Below are positions 17,168-26,420 of a stretch of 64,000 nt of DNA, piece after piece. A program made the position numbers and the translations under genes. Below the pieces are notes generated by a model. It saw only the letters and a program-made list of their open reading frames with translations. It did not search any database and had not been told where the DNA came from. The DNA lies in NCBI GenBank assembly GCA_964596095.1, contig CAZQUC010000001.1, positions 833 through 64,832 on the forward strand, given 5' to 3'. This DNA is from an uncultured Enterobacteriaceae bacterium. Its GTDB lineage: Bacteria; Verrucomicrobiota; Verrucomicrobiia; Verrucomicrobiales; V1-33. Numbering within the stretch: the stretch's first letter is position 1; each line of letters begins with the position of its first letter.

Positions 17168-18404
17168 TTACTTCTTCCTCCTCGCCGCCGATTGTTCCTT
17201 CCATTGTTGGGCGATGCCTTTATAGCCGGCGGGCGGCGGGTCGTCGCCGCCGTGCTTTTTGAGCCAGCGCCAGCGCAGGAGGCCGGGCAGTGGGACGACG
17301 AGGAGGCTGAAGAGCAGCGCGCCGAGACCGATCCAGCCGAAGAGGCGGGCGGTGACCTGGCCGGGGAGAAGGTAGCCGCGCATGAATTCATCAAAGCTGC
17401 CCTGGGCGGCGACGCGGGTTTCATGGAGGCCGAGATGCTCCCGGCCATCGGTCATGTTCTTTGATTTCACGGGCCGACCCCACATGACGACGGGATCGCC
17501 GGGACGCAGGCAGACCATCCAGTTGTGGGGGCCGCCTTCCTTCCAGTTGAAGGCCTGGCGGGCGCTGGTGATGCCGCGCACCTCGCTGCGGCTGCCGTCT
17601 TCGAGGGTCACTTCGAACCACAGGGGAAACCACGGATGCGGACGGTTTTTGGTGGAGCCGGGGCCGACGCTGCTTTGGATGGAATACCAGGCGATGAAAT
17701 CACCGCGGGCTTCGCCGGGCGGGTCGTCGCCGGGCCCGGGACGTTGGCTGGATCCGGCGAGTGTGCCGACGAGGAAAATGCCCCGGTCCGTGGGGAAATT
17801 TTTGGTGCGTTCGTATTCGGCCTCCAGTTCCTTGTAGGTGCGGACGACGGGGTTTTTCGGATAGACGTTCATCTCCACGGTCGTGAACCACCAGGCGAAG
17901 GCGGCGATGGCCATCCCGAAGGCACCCAAGCCGGAAAGCAGCGGCGCGGTCCAGGCGTTCCACTTCTGGCTCAGGCGCGGCAGCACATAAAAGGTGACCA
18001 CGGCGGCGAAGGCGGCGGCCAGCAGGAAGCTGAACATCTTCACCACGAACTGCTCGAAGAAAATGGGGTTGATGTTCGGCGAATTCAAAAAAACGACCGG
18101 CAGCACCAGCAGGGAACCGAGCAGGATGGCAACACCGCGCGCGCTGCTTGTGCCGGAACCACAGGCAGCAGCCGATGCCTCCGGCGAGGACGAGGCTGCA
18201 GGTCCAGAGGCGCTGGCCATCGGTGGCGTAGGGGCCGGTAAACCACATCCCGCCGCCGAAGAACAGGGCGGCAAGGAGATAAAAGAAGCTGCGCTGCTTC
18301 CACGCCTGCCAGAGACAGGGCAGGAGGAAAATGACGGCGCAAAAGGCATAGAAGCCGATGGCCCAGGCGACGCGGTCGATGGCGGCGAGGATGGGAATCG
18401 TCAT
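17168..18404 (-). CDS. Polytopic membrane protein, apparently interrupted by a frameshift near 18135-18150
   Basis: From ATG 18404 one frame encodes three convincing TM helices (MTIPILAAIDRVAWAIGFYAFCAVIFLLPCL..., FFYLLAALFFGGGMWF, LWTCSLVLAGGIGCCLWF) and then degenerates. From about 18140 the 17168..18349 frame takes over with further TM helices (GVAILLGSLLVLPVVF, MFSFLLAAAFAAVVTFYVL, ...) to the stop at 17168. The switch lies in a CGCGCGCG run. Confidence 0.55.
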
Positions 18405-18423
18405 GCTAAAACAGGGATGCGAT

Positions 18424-18954
18424 TCACCACGGCCCCTCCGGCGTGCCTGCGGGCGGGAGGTAGCCGGTGTTGCCGGTCCTGCGGGTGAAGCCGAGGCGAG
18501 CGTGATCGACGCGGAAGCCCTGGCCCGGCACGTCGAGGAGTTCGAACACGAGGAACAGCTCCTTGCCCTCGCCGAAGGTCCACTTGGTGCCGGCGAGCTG
18601 GTAGCCGGGGCGGTCGGAGAGGAGTTTCTTCGCGCCCGTGGCCTTGAGGATAACGGCGGAACGCGGCGGGCCGAGTTTTTCCGCCGCTTCGCGATAGGTG
18701 GCGGCAACGGCCGCCTGCGCGTTTTTGGTGCGGTAGGTTTCCGTGGTGAGGGTTTCCCATGCTCGATTGAGATTTCCGTCGCGCGCGGCTTCGAACCAGG
18801 GCTGGAGGAATTCGCGGGTGATGCGGATCTCCTTGTCCTGGTTTTTCCGGACGACGAACCAGATGATGCCGCCGATGAGGGCGAGGAAGAGGATGCCCCC
18901 GCCGAGGCAGCCGAAAAGGCCCTTCCAGCTATGGTTTTCCGTGGGTTGGGTCAT
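18424..18954 (-). CDS. Membrane-anchored hypothetical protein
   Basis: 176 aa with a single N-terminal TM (GLFGCLGGGILFLALIGGIIWFVV). No recognisable motif. Tightly packed with neighbouring minus-strand genes. Confidence 0.65.
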   Translation of the reverse strand: MTQPTENHSWKGLFGCLGGGILFLALIGGIIWFVVRKNQDKEIRITREFLQPWFEAARDGNLNRAWETLTTETYRTKNAQAAVAATYREAAEKLGPPRSAVILKATGAKKLLSDRPGYQLAGTKWTFGEGKELFLVFELLDVPGQGFRVDHARLGFTRRTGNTGYLPPAGTPEGPW

Positions 18955-18961
18955 GGCAGGA

Positions 18962-19600
18962 TCAGCGTTTCCGTTCGTGGATTTCGCCGCCGGACTGATT
19001 GGCGGGATGGATTGGGATGGCTGGTTTCATGATGGTATTCGCGGGTTCAGGGCTGGTCCTGGCGCCGTCAACGAGGAAGGCGTGGGTGCTGTGCTGGTCG
19101 GGTTGGCCGTCGAAGCCCAGAGTGGTTTCCCGCACGGTGGCGCCGAGGAAGGCGCGGCCTTTGAAGTTGAACTGGCCTTCCGAGCGCGTGGCGGTGATGC
19201 TGCCACCGATGGAAAGGATGTGCGCTCCCTCGGTGCCGGCCCAAGTGGCGACTTCGGGTTCTTCCGAAATGGCGCGGCACGCGAGGGTGACGGCGTCGCC
19301 GGGGAGAACGCGCGTGGTTTTGTCCGGAAACGTGATGGTGGCGTGGAAAGCATCCGCGTCGCCAGCGGGACGGCCGCCGTATTCGATCACCACGATCCAT
19401 GGGCCGTCGAGGGTGTTGATTTTGTATCGCCAGGAAGCGGGCCGGCTTTGATGGTTCGTGAGGATGCCTTCCGTGACGCCTTCGGCGGGCCTGCCGAATG
19501 GTTCGGCAAATCGTTCGGCAACGGATGCGGATTGACGCGGCGACGGGGCCGCGCAGGACGCGAGGAGAAGGCAGAGAGCGATGAGGGGTTGATGTTTCAT
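18962..19600 (-). CDS. Lipoprotein, function unknown
   Basis: 212 aa. MKHQPLIALCLLLASCAAP is a signal peptide with a lipobox Cys. Confidence 0.7.
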   Translation of the reverse strand: MKHQPLIALCLLLASCAAPSPRQSASVAERFAEPFGRPAEGVTEGILTNHQSRPASWRYKINTLDGPWIVVIEYGGRPAGDADAFHATITFPDKTTRVLPGDAVTLACRAISEEPEVATWAGTEGAHILSIGGSITATRSEGQFNFKGRAFLGATVRETTLGFDGQPDQHSTHAFLVDGARTSPEPANTIMKPAIPIHPANQSGGEIHERKR

Positions 19601-19627
19601 AGGTCGCCTTTTCCCGAAGAGCAGGAC

Positions 19628-20008
19628 TCAGGGGCGGCGCTGTTTGGCCAGGGGAAGGCTTCCGTTCACCGAGAGCGTCCCTTTGTCAGCGTCCACAACG
19701 ACTTCCATTTCATCCGGCAGCGCGTCGGCTTGCGGGCCGGTTTTGTCGCGAAGCGCGAGCGTGGCCTTCGCGCTGTCCGCGGAGCGGATGGTGTAACGGG
19801 CCTCCGCGAAAAAGGGCGGGTAGCCATCGCGCGTCAGCGTGCCGTTCTCGCGAAAGGTCCATGAGGTCATGGTGGTCTGGTTTTCCCCGAAGGGATCGCT
19901 GCGCGTCCACTCGCCGAGGAAGAACGCGGCCTCGGGACGGGAGGAGGCGCAAGCGGCCAGAAGGAAACTGGAAAGCAGGAAGAGTTTGTTCATCGTGCGG
20001 ATCATCAT
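19628..20008 (-). CDS. Small lipoprotein, function unknown
   Basis: Start trimmed to ATG 20008/20005 (MMIRTMNKLFLLSSFLLAACASS, lipobox). The upstream 187 codons of the ORF-track call are antisense noise overlapping the next gene. Confidence 0.65.
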   Translation of the reverse strand: MMIRTMNKLFLLSSFLLAACASSRPEAAFFLGEWTRSDPFGENQTTMTSWTFRENGTLTRDGYPPFFAEARYTIRSADSAKATLALRDKTGPQADALPDEMEVVVDADKGTLSVNGSLPLAKQRRP

Positions 20009-20022
20009 GGCGGCGCGGGTTT

Positions 20023-22602
20023 TCAGGGATCGAGGGGACGCGCGCACAGCCGGAGGAACCGGTGCGAGCCGGGGGTGGCCGGCGTTGAGGACCGATAGCT
20101 CACTTGGCGGAAGCCGCCGCCGAGCGGCGCGTAGAGGATGCGCTCCAGGCCTTCGCTCCAGGCGGCCAGGTCGGTGGATTGCTCGAACACGCACTCCACG
20201 TCGCTGAAGACCGCCGTGTCCAGCAGGATGGTTTCGATGGTGAGATAGAGCGTTCCTTTGATATTGGTGAGGTAACCGGTCGTGGGATCGGGGCCGTCCG
20301 GCTGGGCGGGGTGTTTGCCGAAGAAAGGCTCGAGACCGTTGGGGATGCCGTCGCCGTCGTGGTCGAAATCCAGCGCGCGCCGGCCTTCCGGCACGCCTTG
20401 TCCGGCGATCCATTCCGCAAAGGCGGGAAGGGGCGGGGTCTCGGGCGTGAGGGCGACGCGCAGTTCTCCGGGCACTTCCACCCGGCTGGCGGTGAAGCCT
20501 TCCGGCACATTCAGGAATTCCACGCTGCCGCCGAGGCCGAAGCTGCCGTTCGCGGTGATCAACGTCCACGCTCCGCCCGCGGCCGAAGGACTCGTCATCA
20601 GGCTGAAATCCACTTCCACGGGGCCGTCGATTTCCGCGTTGCCCGTGCAGGTGAGCCGGTCGCTCTCCGGCGCGCCGACGGGACCGGCGATGTCCAGCCG
20701 CACTGTCCCGCTGGAGGCGAAATCGAGCACGGTGGCCTGGCCGGTGGTTTCCTCGCCGCCATTCCGGATGCCGAGGTGGCAGACGCCGTCGTTGTGCCAG
20801 AGGGTCACCCCGATGGCCGCGCCGTGATGGAGCCGCAGGCTGGGATCGGGCCGCCCCTGCACTTTTTCGGAAACGAGCCGGCCGCGTCCGGTGAAATCCG
20901 CCTGGCTCGTGATCTGCGTCTCGCCGTGGAGCGAGAGTTGAAAGCTTGCAAAATCTCCGGACGTGAAGGCCGTCGCGGAATCCGCCGCGAAGGTGACATC
21001 CGCATGAATGGCCGAATCCGCGGTGACTTCGACCTTCCCTCGGGCGGTCAGCCGGCCGCCCGCGAGCAGACCGCCGCGCAGCGACAGCCTGCCTTGCCGT
21101 CCCAGGCCCCAGTCGCCCTGGATTTCCACCGCCCGGGCCGCGCCGATGGCCAGGCTGCCGTCATAATCATCGGCAAAGCCGGGATTTCCTGACGCCGCGG
21201 CGGCCACGAAATGAATGTTTCCCGTGAGCGCTTCGAGGCGCGTGTTTTCCTCATCGCCCGTGCCGTCGAGATCCCAGGGCACTTCCGAAAAGGCCACCAG
21301 GCGGAGCGTGCCGCCGGAGGCGATGATTTCGCCGCTGTTGTCCAGCCCGTCGGCGAGGATGTCGCCGTGGCCGGTAATCCTCCCCCGCCGACCAGCGGCG
21401 CTGCGCAGGTAAATGAGGGGCTTGATGCCGCCTGACACCCCCCCGCCGTTCAGCACGAGCGAGCCTCCGTTCACATGAAGCTCCGGCGTATTATAAACCG
21501 CCTCAGCCGAGACTTCGAGGGTCGGAAACGCGAACAAGCCACCATCATACCGAATCGTGGTGCGGCCGAACGACGCCACGCTGGCGGCGCTGACGAGAAA
21601 CCTGCAATTTCCTCCCACGAAGAGGTCGCGGAAGGTCCGCGTCTGCGTGCTGACCAACGTTGTGGCCTCGGTCTGGCGCAGGAAAACATCGGTGGAAGGG
21701 GTGGGCCGCCGCATCCCCAGCCAGCCTTCGGCCTCCTGGTATTGGCCGGTGCCGGTGCGCAGCCAGTCGCGCCGCGGCGCTTCGAGGGTGGTCCAGCCGC
21801 CGACCTGGGCGACCGCCAGAATATCCAGCGCCGAAGGACGAAACCGCCGGTCGGCCATGCCGGGGGAATTCGCATGCAGCAGCGCTTCGGTGACCGGAAT
21901 ATAATAATCGCCCGACGCCCCGCCCGTCCGCTCCACCAGCAGGCCGACCGGCGAGCCGCCGACGAAACCGGGAAACAAATCGATGTCCCCGTCCGCGGCC
22001 TCCGAGGTGATGGCCGGGAACGTGGAGGCGAAGCCGAGCGCATAGCCGAGCTTGTTCAGCAGCACGGACAACAAATCCACCTTTCCCGCCGCAACTCCCT
22101 GGCCGGTGCCGGACCACGCCACCTCCAGCACCTCCGGCGGATCGCCGGTGAACGGATACATCTCGCCCCGGACCAGGTCGCGCTCCAGCTTCGCCTCCAT
22201 GGCGAATTCCTCGTCCGCGTCCGGCGTGTCGTCGAAAAACCACTCCGTGCCCGGCCGCACGCGGAGGCGGAGGCTCGTGACCTTGCCGCCGGTCACGCCC
22301 AGGAGGTCCAGCCTTCCCCCGGCGGGCGCGGCGGCATCGTAACGCACGGTGAAGGTGGTCACAGCGTGGCTGTTTTTGAAAATATCCTCCCACTGCGCGG
22401 CCGCGGCGTTCGCGAGCGCCGCCAGCTTCACACCCTCCGGATCGCCCGGCGGACGGACGGGCGAGTTGGCCGCGTCAAAAACTGCATTGGGAAACGTCAG
22501 TGCCGAAAGCGGCAGCGCCCCCGAGGCGAGGAGCAGCCAGATGCCGAGCAGGGCGCGGAGCGGGAGCGGGGACCAATGACGACAGCGACAAAGGGGAAGC
22601 AT
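20023..22602 (-). CDS. Secreted beta-helical surface protein with degenerate metzincin-like N-domain, TSP3-like linker and conserved C-terminal domain
   Basis: Start at ATG 22602 (MLPLCRCRHWSPLPLRALLGIWLLLASGALPLSA). Passenger-like G-rich beta-strand repeats (NGGSLVLNGGGVSGG..., SGEIIASGGTLRLV). FDHDGDGIPNGLEPFFGKHP. Tail STDLAAW...HRFLRLCARPLDP. Confidence 0.8.
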   Translation of the reverse strand: MLPLCRCRHWSPLPLRALLGIWLLLASGALPLSALTFPNAVFDAANSPVRPPGDPEGVKLAALANAAAAQWEDIFKNSHAVTTFTVRYDAAAPAGGRLDLLGVTGGKVTSLRLRVRPGTEWFFDDTPDADEEFAMEAKLERDLVRGEMYPFTGDPPEVLEVAWSGTGQGVAAGKVDLLSVLLNKLGYALGFASTFPAITSEAADGDIDLFPGFVGGSPVGLLVERTGGASGDYYIPVTEALLHANSPGMADRRFRPSALDILAVAQVGGWTTLEAPRRDWLRTGTGQYQEAEGWLGMRRPTPSTDVFLRQTEATTLVSTQTRTFRDLFVGGNCRFLVSAASVASFGRTTIRYDGGLFAFPTLEVSAEAVYNTPELHVNGGSLVLNGGGVSGGIKPLIYLRSAAGRRGRITGHGDILADGLDNSGEIIASGGTLRLVAFSEVPWDLDGTGDEENTRLEALTGNIHFVAAAASGNPGFADDYDGSLAIGAARAVEIQGDWGLGRQGRLSLRGGLLAGGRLTARGKVEVTADSAIHADVTFAADSATAFTSGDFASFQLSLHGETQITSQADFTGRGRLVSEKVQGRPDPSLRLHHGAAIGVTLWHNDGVCHLGIRNGGEETTGQATVLDFASSGTVRLDIAGPVGAPESDRLTCTGNAEIDGPVEVDFSLMTSPSAAGGAWTLITANGSFGLGGSVEFLNVPEGFTASRVEVPGELRVALTPETPPLPAFAEWIAGQGVPEGRRALDFDHDGDGIPNGLEPFFGKHPAQPDGPDPTTGYLTNIKGTLYLTIETILLDTAVFSDVECVFEQSTDLAAWSEGLERILYAPLGGGFRQVSYRSSTPATPGSHRFLRLCARPLDP

Positions 22603-22622
22603 GGCACCCCTTCCCCACGCTA

Positions 22623-22647
22623 AAATCCGGCAATCGTTACCGGATTT
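22623..22647. promoter_or_regulatory. 25-bp inverted repeat AAATCCGG-N9-CCGGATTT in a divergent promoter region
   Basis: Perfect 8-bp arms with a partly self-complementary spacer (caatcgtta). Lies between start 22602 (minus strand) and start 22721 (plus strand). Confidence 0.35.
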
Positions 22648-22720
22648 CGCGAATTTTTTTTGTCCGCCGCGACGGGTCGTCTGTAACATTCGCGCCGGGG
22701 TCGCGTGTCAGACTCAGAGG

Positions 22721-25700
22721 ATGAATCCGCATTGCCTTCCAATCTGTGAAACCTGTCTCCGTCCGGTCCCGCCGGATTCCCGGTCCGGGCTGTGTCCGGC
22801 CTGTCTCGGGGACGCGTTGTTCGGCGGGGACGAGGCGGTGCTCGCCGCGCCCGGAATGCCCGGAATGCCGGAGCGGATCGGCGGGCACGAGGTGCTCGGG
22901 CTGGCGGGGGAGGGCGGCAGCAGCCTGGTCTATCGCGTGCGCCACGGGGAAGGCGTCGCCGCGCTCAAGCTGCTGCGGGCCGGCCTGCAGGGCGGGCCGG
23001 CGGCCGCGCGGTTCGAGGCGGAACGCCAGGCGCTCGCCGCACTGGACCATCCCGGCATCGTCCGGGTGCTGGGGTCGGGCCGCGCGGAGGACGGGCGCGC
23101 GTTCCTGCTCATGGAATGGGTCGAGGGGGAAACCATGTCGGATTTCTGCCGCCGGGAGCGTCCCGATCTCGGCGCGCGGCTCCGGCTTTTCTCCCTCCTT
23201 TGCGAAGTGGTCGAGGCCGCGCACCGCGGCGGCGTGATCCACCGCGACCTGAAACCGGGCAATGTGATGGTCGCGCGCGACGGACAGCCGAAGGTGATCG
23301 ACTTCGGGCTCGCGCGGGCCGAGGACCGGCTGCTGGCCGGGCCATCGTTGTGGACGCGGGCCGACCAGCTTCTCGGCACGCTGGAATACATGAGTCCCGA
23401 GCAGGCGGCGGGCGGAGCCGCCGGAGCGGACACGCGCACCGATGTCTTCGGCCTCGGCGCGGTGCTCTACGAGCTGCTGACCGGCGCGCCGCCGCTCGGC
23501 GGGGAGGCGCTTCCGCCGGGCGGTCTGGAGGAAAGGCTGCGCCGTCTCCGCGAGGAGGAGCCGCCCCGTCCCTCGACGCGCGCGTCCGGTCTTTCCCCGA
23601 CGGAGCGGCGGCGGACGCGCGACGAGCTGGACTGGATCGCGCTCAAGGCGCTCGCCCGGCGGCGGGAGCGCCGCTACCAGTCGGTCTCCGCCCTGCGCGA
23701 GGACATCGAGCGCTTCCTCCGGCGCGAAGCGGTGGCCGCGCGCCCGCCGTCCGCCGGCTATCTGGCCGCCAAGTTTCTCCGCCAACACCGCGGGGTCGCG
23801 GGCACCGCCGCCGCCGTCGCGGCCGCCCTCGCCGCGACCGCCGTGATCGGCGTCACCTCCGCCCGGCGCGAGGCGCGCGCCCGGCAGGAGACGCGGACGA
23901 CCTTCGGCAAGGCGGACGCCGCGGCCGCAGCGGCGGATCTGGCCGCCGGGCGCACCGGTCCCGCCATCGCCCACCTGGCGCGCGCCCTGCGTTCGGACCC
24001 GGGCAATGCGGATGCCGCCTTCCGGTTGCTGATGGCGATGGCCGACGGTCCGGTCGCGATCCCCGCGGCCCCTGCCGTGCGGCACGAGGAAACGATTTTC
24101 CACGTCCAGTTTACCGGCGACGGCTCGCGGCTGCTGACCGGCTCCACCCGCGACGGGGTCGCCCGGCTCTGGCGCTGGGAAGAGGGCGGCGCGCCGGAAC
24201 GGGAATTCCGTCTGCCGGGCTTGGTGGCACTGTCCGGCTCCGCCGATGGCGCGTTGATCGCGGGCAGCACGCTCGGCGGGCGGGCGCAGGTCTGGCGCAT
24301 CGCGGACGGCCGGGCGTTGTGGGCGCAACCGCCGGAAGCGGCGGACGGCGGCGGCATGGTGCGGGGGTGCGCGCTTTCGCCCGATGGCGCGCGGCTCTTC
24401 ACCGCCGGGCACGACGGCACCCTGCGCGCCTGGCGGCCGGGAGGAGAGGAAATCTGGCGGCAGACACGCCCGAGCCGCTGCCTGAACGTCGCCGTTTCCG
24501 CCAACGGCTCATTGGTCGCCGGTTGCTTCGAGGATGGCACGCTGCTGATCCGTGCGGCGGCGGACGGGGCGCCGGTGGGCGAAGCGAAGCTCCCGGGGCC
24601 GCTGCTGAAGGCCGGATTCCTCGCCGATGGCCGCCTCCTGGCGGCGGCTGGACTCTCGGCAGCGCAGATATTTTTCCCCGACGGCCAGCCGTCCGGAGCG
24701 GCCATGCCCCACCGCGGGCGCATCTATGGCGCCTCGGCTTCGCCGGACGGCAGCCGGATCGTGCTGGAAGGCGACGACGGGCGCGCCGGACTATGGTCGG
24801 GCGACGGACGCTTGCTCGACGTCAAGGTTTTTCCCGGTTCGCTTTACGCCGGAACGGTCGCTCCCGACGGCGGATTAGCCGCCATCGGCACGCGCGAGCC
24901 CGACGCCCGGCTGGCGATCATCCGGCTGCGCGACGGCCACAGCGCGGGATCGCCGGCCTCGTTCGAGCGCTCGGTGCATGGCCTGGCCTGGCATCCCGAC
25001 GGACGCCATCTTGCGGTGGCGAGCCGGACGTTCAGCGCCCAGGTCTTCGAGGTGCAGCCCTGCCGTCCCGATGCCCCGCAAACGCTCCTTCCCGCCGGCG
25101 ATGATCCCGTGGTTGCCGCCTGGCTGCTGCCTTCGGAGGAAAAACAGGAAAATCCAACCGCGCCGGTTCCGACCACGCTGGCGCTTACCGCGAGCGGCGT
25201 TCTCTGGGGCTGGGATGGCGAGGGCGCGCCGGACCACCGCCACCGGTTTTCCGCCGCCGTGGCCGACACGATCAAGGCGTCGGACGCCGCCGTGGCCGCC
25301 GTTCTCACCGCGGATGGCGGCCTGCATTTCCTCACCGGCGACCGCGCTCCGGTCACCGTCTCGCCACCCGCCGTGCCGGTGCGCCTGGCGGTCGCACCCG
25401 ACGGCGCGCTCACGGCCGGGATCGCCGCGGACGGGCAAGCCTGGCTCTGGCGGACTGGCGACGGAGCCGTTGTGAAAAGCTGGCGCGGCCCCGGCGATCC
25501 CTCCGCCCTCGCCGTCGGCGGCGGGCGGGTCGCGCTTGCCACCCATGCGGGCGGTCTGGAAATCCATCCGCAGGACGGGCCGACGACGTCGCTCTCCTGG
25601 CGCGGCGCCGGGCCGGTCCTCCAGCTTGCCTTTTCCCCGGATGGCTCGCGGCTTTTCGCCGGGGGAGCCGACCGCCGCGGGCAGCTCCTCGCGCTTCCCG

Positions 25701-26305
25701 GCGGCCGCTTGCTCGCCGACTTGCCGCACCTGGACGCGGCCACGCCCCACGGGCTGCGCGGTGGCTTTTCCCGCGATGGAAAATCGCTCATCACCTGGGG
25801 TTCCGACGACCTGCGCGCGCGGCTGTGGGACGCCGCATCCGGGAAATCGCTCGGTCGTCCACTCGACCACCCGCACGGGCCGCATCTTTTCGCGCTCTCG
25901 CCGGATGCAGCGGTCGCCGTCTCCTGGTGCGCCGACGGCCGGACGCATCTGTTCAGCCTGCCGAGCCGCGAAGAAACCGCGCCACCGTTTCCAGCCAAAC
26001 AGAAAGCCACGGCTGTGGAATTCTCGACCGACGGTCGGCACCTGCTGCTCGCCTATACCGACGGGTCGCTCACGCTGCGGCCCGTCGCTCCGCGCCCGGA
26101 CCAGCCGCTGCCCGAGTGTTTCCTCATCTACGCCGAAGCCGCCGCGCGGTGCGCCCTCCAACCGGACAACTCTTTCTCCGAACCCGGCTTCGCCACCCTG
26201 CGCGCCGCCCGCGCGGAAGTCCTCGCCCTGCCGGGCGATTCCGAGACCGGGCGCTGGATGCGCTGGCTGGCCGAAAGCCGTCTCACCCGCGGCAAGCGAC
26301 CGTAG
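22721..26305 (+). CDS. Ser/Thr protein kinase with N-terminal Cys-rich tail and C-terminal WD40/beta-propeller sensor (type B, copy 1)
   Basis: ATG 22721 chosen (MNPHCLPICETCLRPVPPDSRSGLCPACLG). Kinase motifs GEGGSSLVYRV, AALKLL, HRDLKPGNVMV, DFGLA, GTLEYMSPEQ. TM (GTAAAVAAALAATAVIGV). Propeller repeats include GSTRDGVARLWRW and AGHDGTLRAW. Confidence 0.9.
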   Translation: MNPHCLPICETCLRPVPPDSRSGLCPACLGDALFGGDEAVLAAPGMPGMPERIGGHEVLGLAGEGGSSLVYRVRHGEGVAALKLLRAGLQGGPAAARFEAERQALAALDHPGIVRVLGSGRAEDGRAFLLMEWVEGETMSDFCRRERPDLGARLRLFSLLCEVVEAAHRGGVIHRDLKPGNVMVARDGQPKVIDFGLARAEDRLLAGPSLWTRADQLLGTLEYMSPEQAAGGAAGADTRTDVFGLGAVLYELLTGAPPLGGEALPPGGLEERLRRLREEEPPRPSTRASGLSPTERRRTRDELDWIALKALARRRERRYQSVSALREDIERFLRREAVAARPPSAGYLAAKFLRQHRGVAGTAAAVAAALAATAVIGVTSARREARARQETRTTFGKADAAAAAADLAAGRTGPAIAHLARALRSDPGNADAAFRLLMAMADGPVAIPAAPAVRHEETIFHVQFTGDGSRLLTGSTRDGVARLWRWEEGGAPEREFRLPGLVALSGSADGALIAGSTLGGRAQVWRIADGRALWAQPPEAADGGGMVRGCALSPDGARLFTAGHDGTLRAWRPGGEEIWRQTRPSRCLNVAVSANGSLVAGCFEDGTLLIRAAADGAPVGEAKLPGPLLKAGFLADGRLLAAAGLSAAQIFFPDGQPSGAAMPHRGRIYGASASPDGSRIVLEGDDGRAGLWSGDGRLLDVKVFPGSLYAGTVAPDGGLAAIGTREPDARLAIIRLRDGHSAGSPASFERSVHGLAWHPDGRHLAVASRTFSAQVFEVQPCRPDAPQTLLPAGDDPVVAAWLLPSEEKQENPTAPVPTTLALTASGVLWGWDGEGAPDHRHRFSAAVADTIKASDAAVAAVLTADGGLHFLTGDRAPVTVSPPAVPVRLAVAPDGALTAGIAADGQAWLWRTGDGAVVKSWRGPGDPSALAVGGGRVALATHAGGLEIHPQDGPTTSLSWRGAGPVLQLAFSPDGSRLFAGGADRRGQLLALPGGRLLADLPHLDAATPHGLRGGFSRDGKSLITWGSDDLRARLWDAASGKSLGRPLDHPHGPHLFALSPDAAVAVSWCADGRTHLFSLPSREETAPPFPAKQKATAVEFSTDGRHLLLAYTDGSLTLRPVAPRPDQPLPECFLIYAEAAARCALQPDNSFSEPGFATLRAARAEVLALPGDSETGRWMRWLAESRLTRGKRP

Positions 26306-26420
26306 CCCTAAAAATCCGGACTCCTTGGCCATCGCGACGCTTCCTGAACACCGCCCCGGCATAGAAAAACGCGCCACTTCGGGTTGGCGGGCGGCGTGAA
26401 CCCTCGCCAGGATTCCCGCC

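Noticed and set aside
22721-22800. H-x4-C-x2-C in the kinase B1 N-terminus (HCLPICETC) as a fused ZAS anti-sigma motif
   Set aside because: The spacing differs from the canonical H-x3-C-x2-C. The kinase B2 tail has only CxxC...CxxC with no His. There is insufficient evidence for an anti-sigma domain.
22618-26320. The word (c)taaaa(a)tccgg occurs both upstream (22618-22630) and just downstream (26307-26320) of kinase B1, as possible flanking repeats
   Set aside because: Only about 11 nt are shared and there is no further homology. This may be chance, so it is mentioned only within the inverted-repeat finding.
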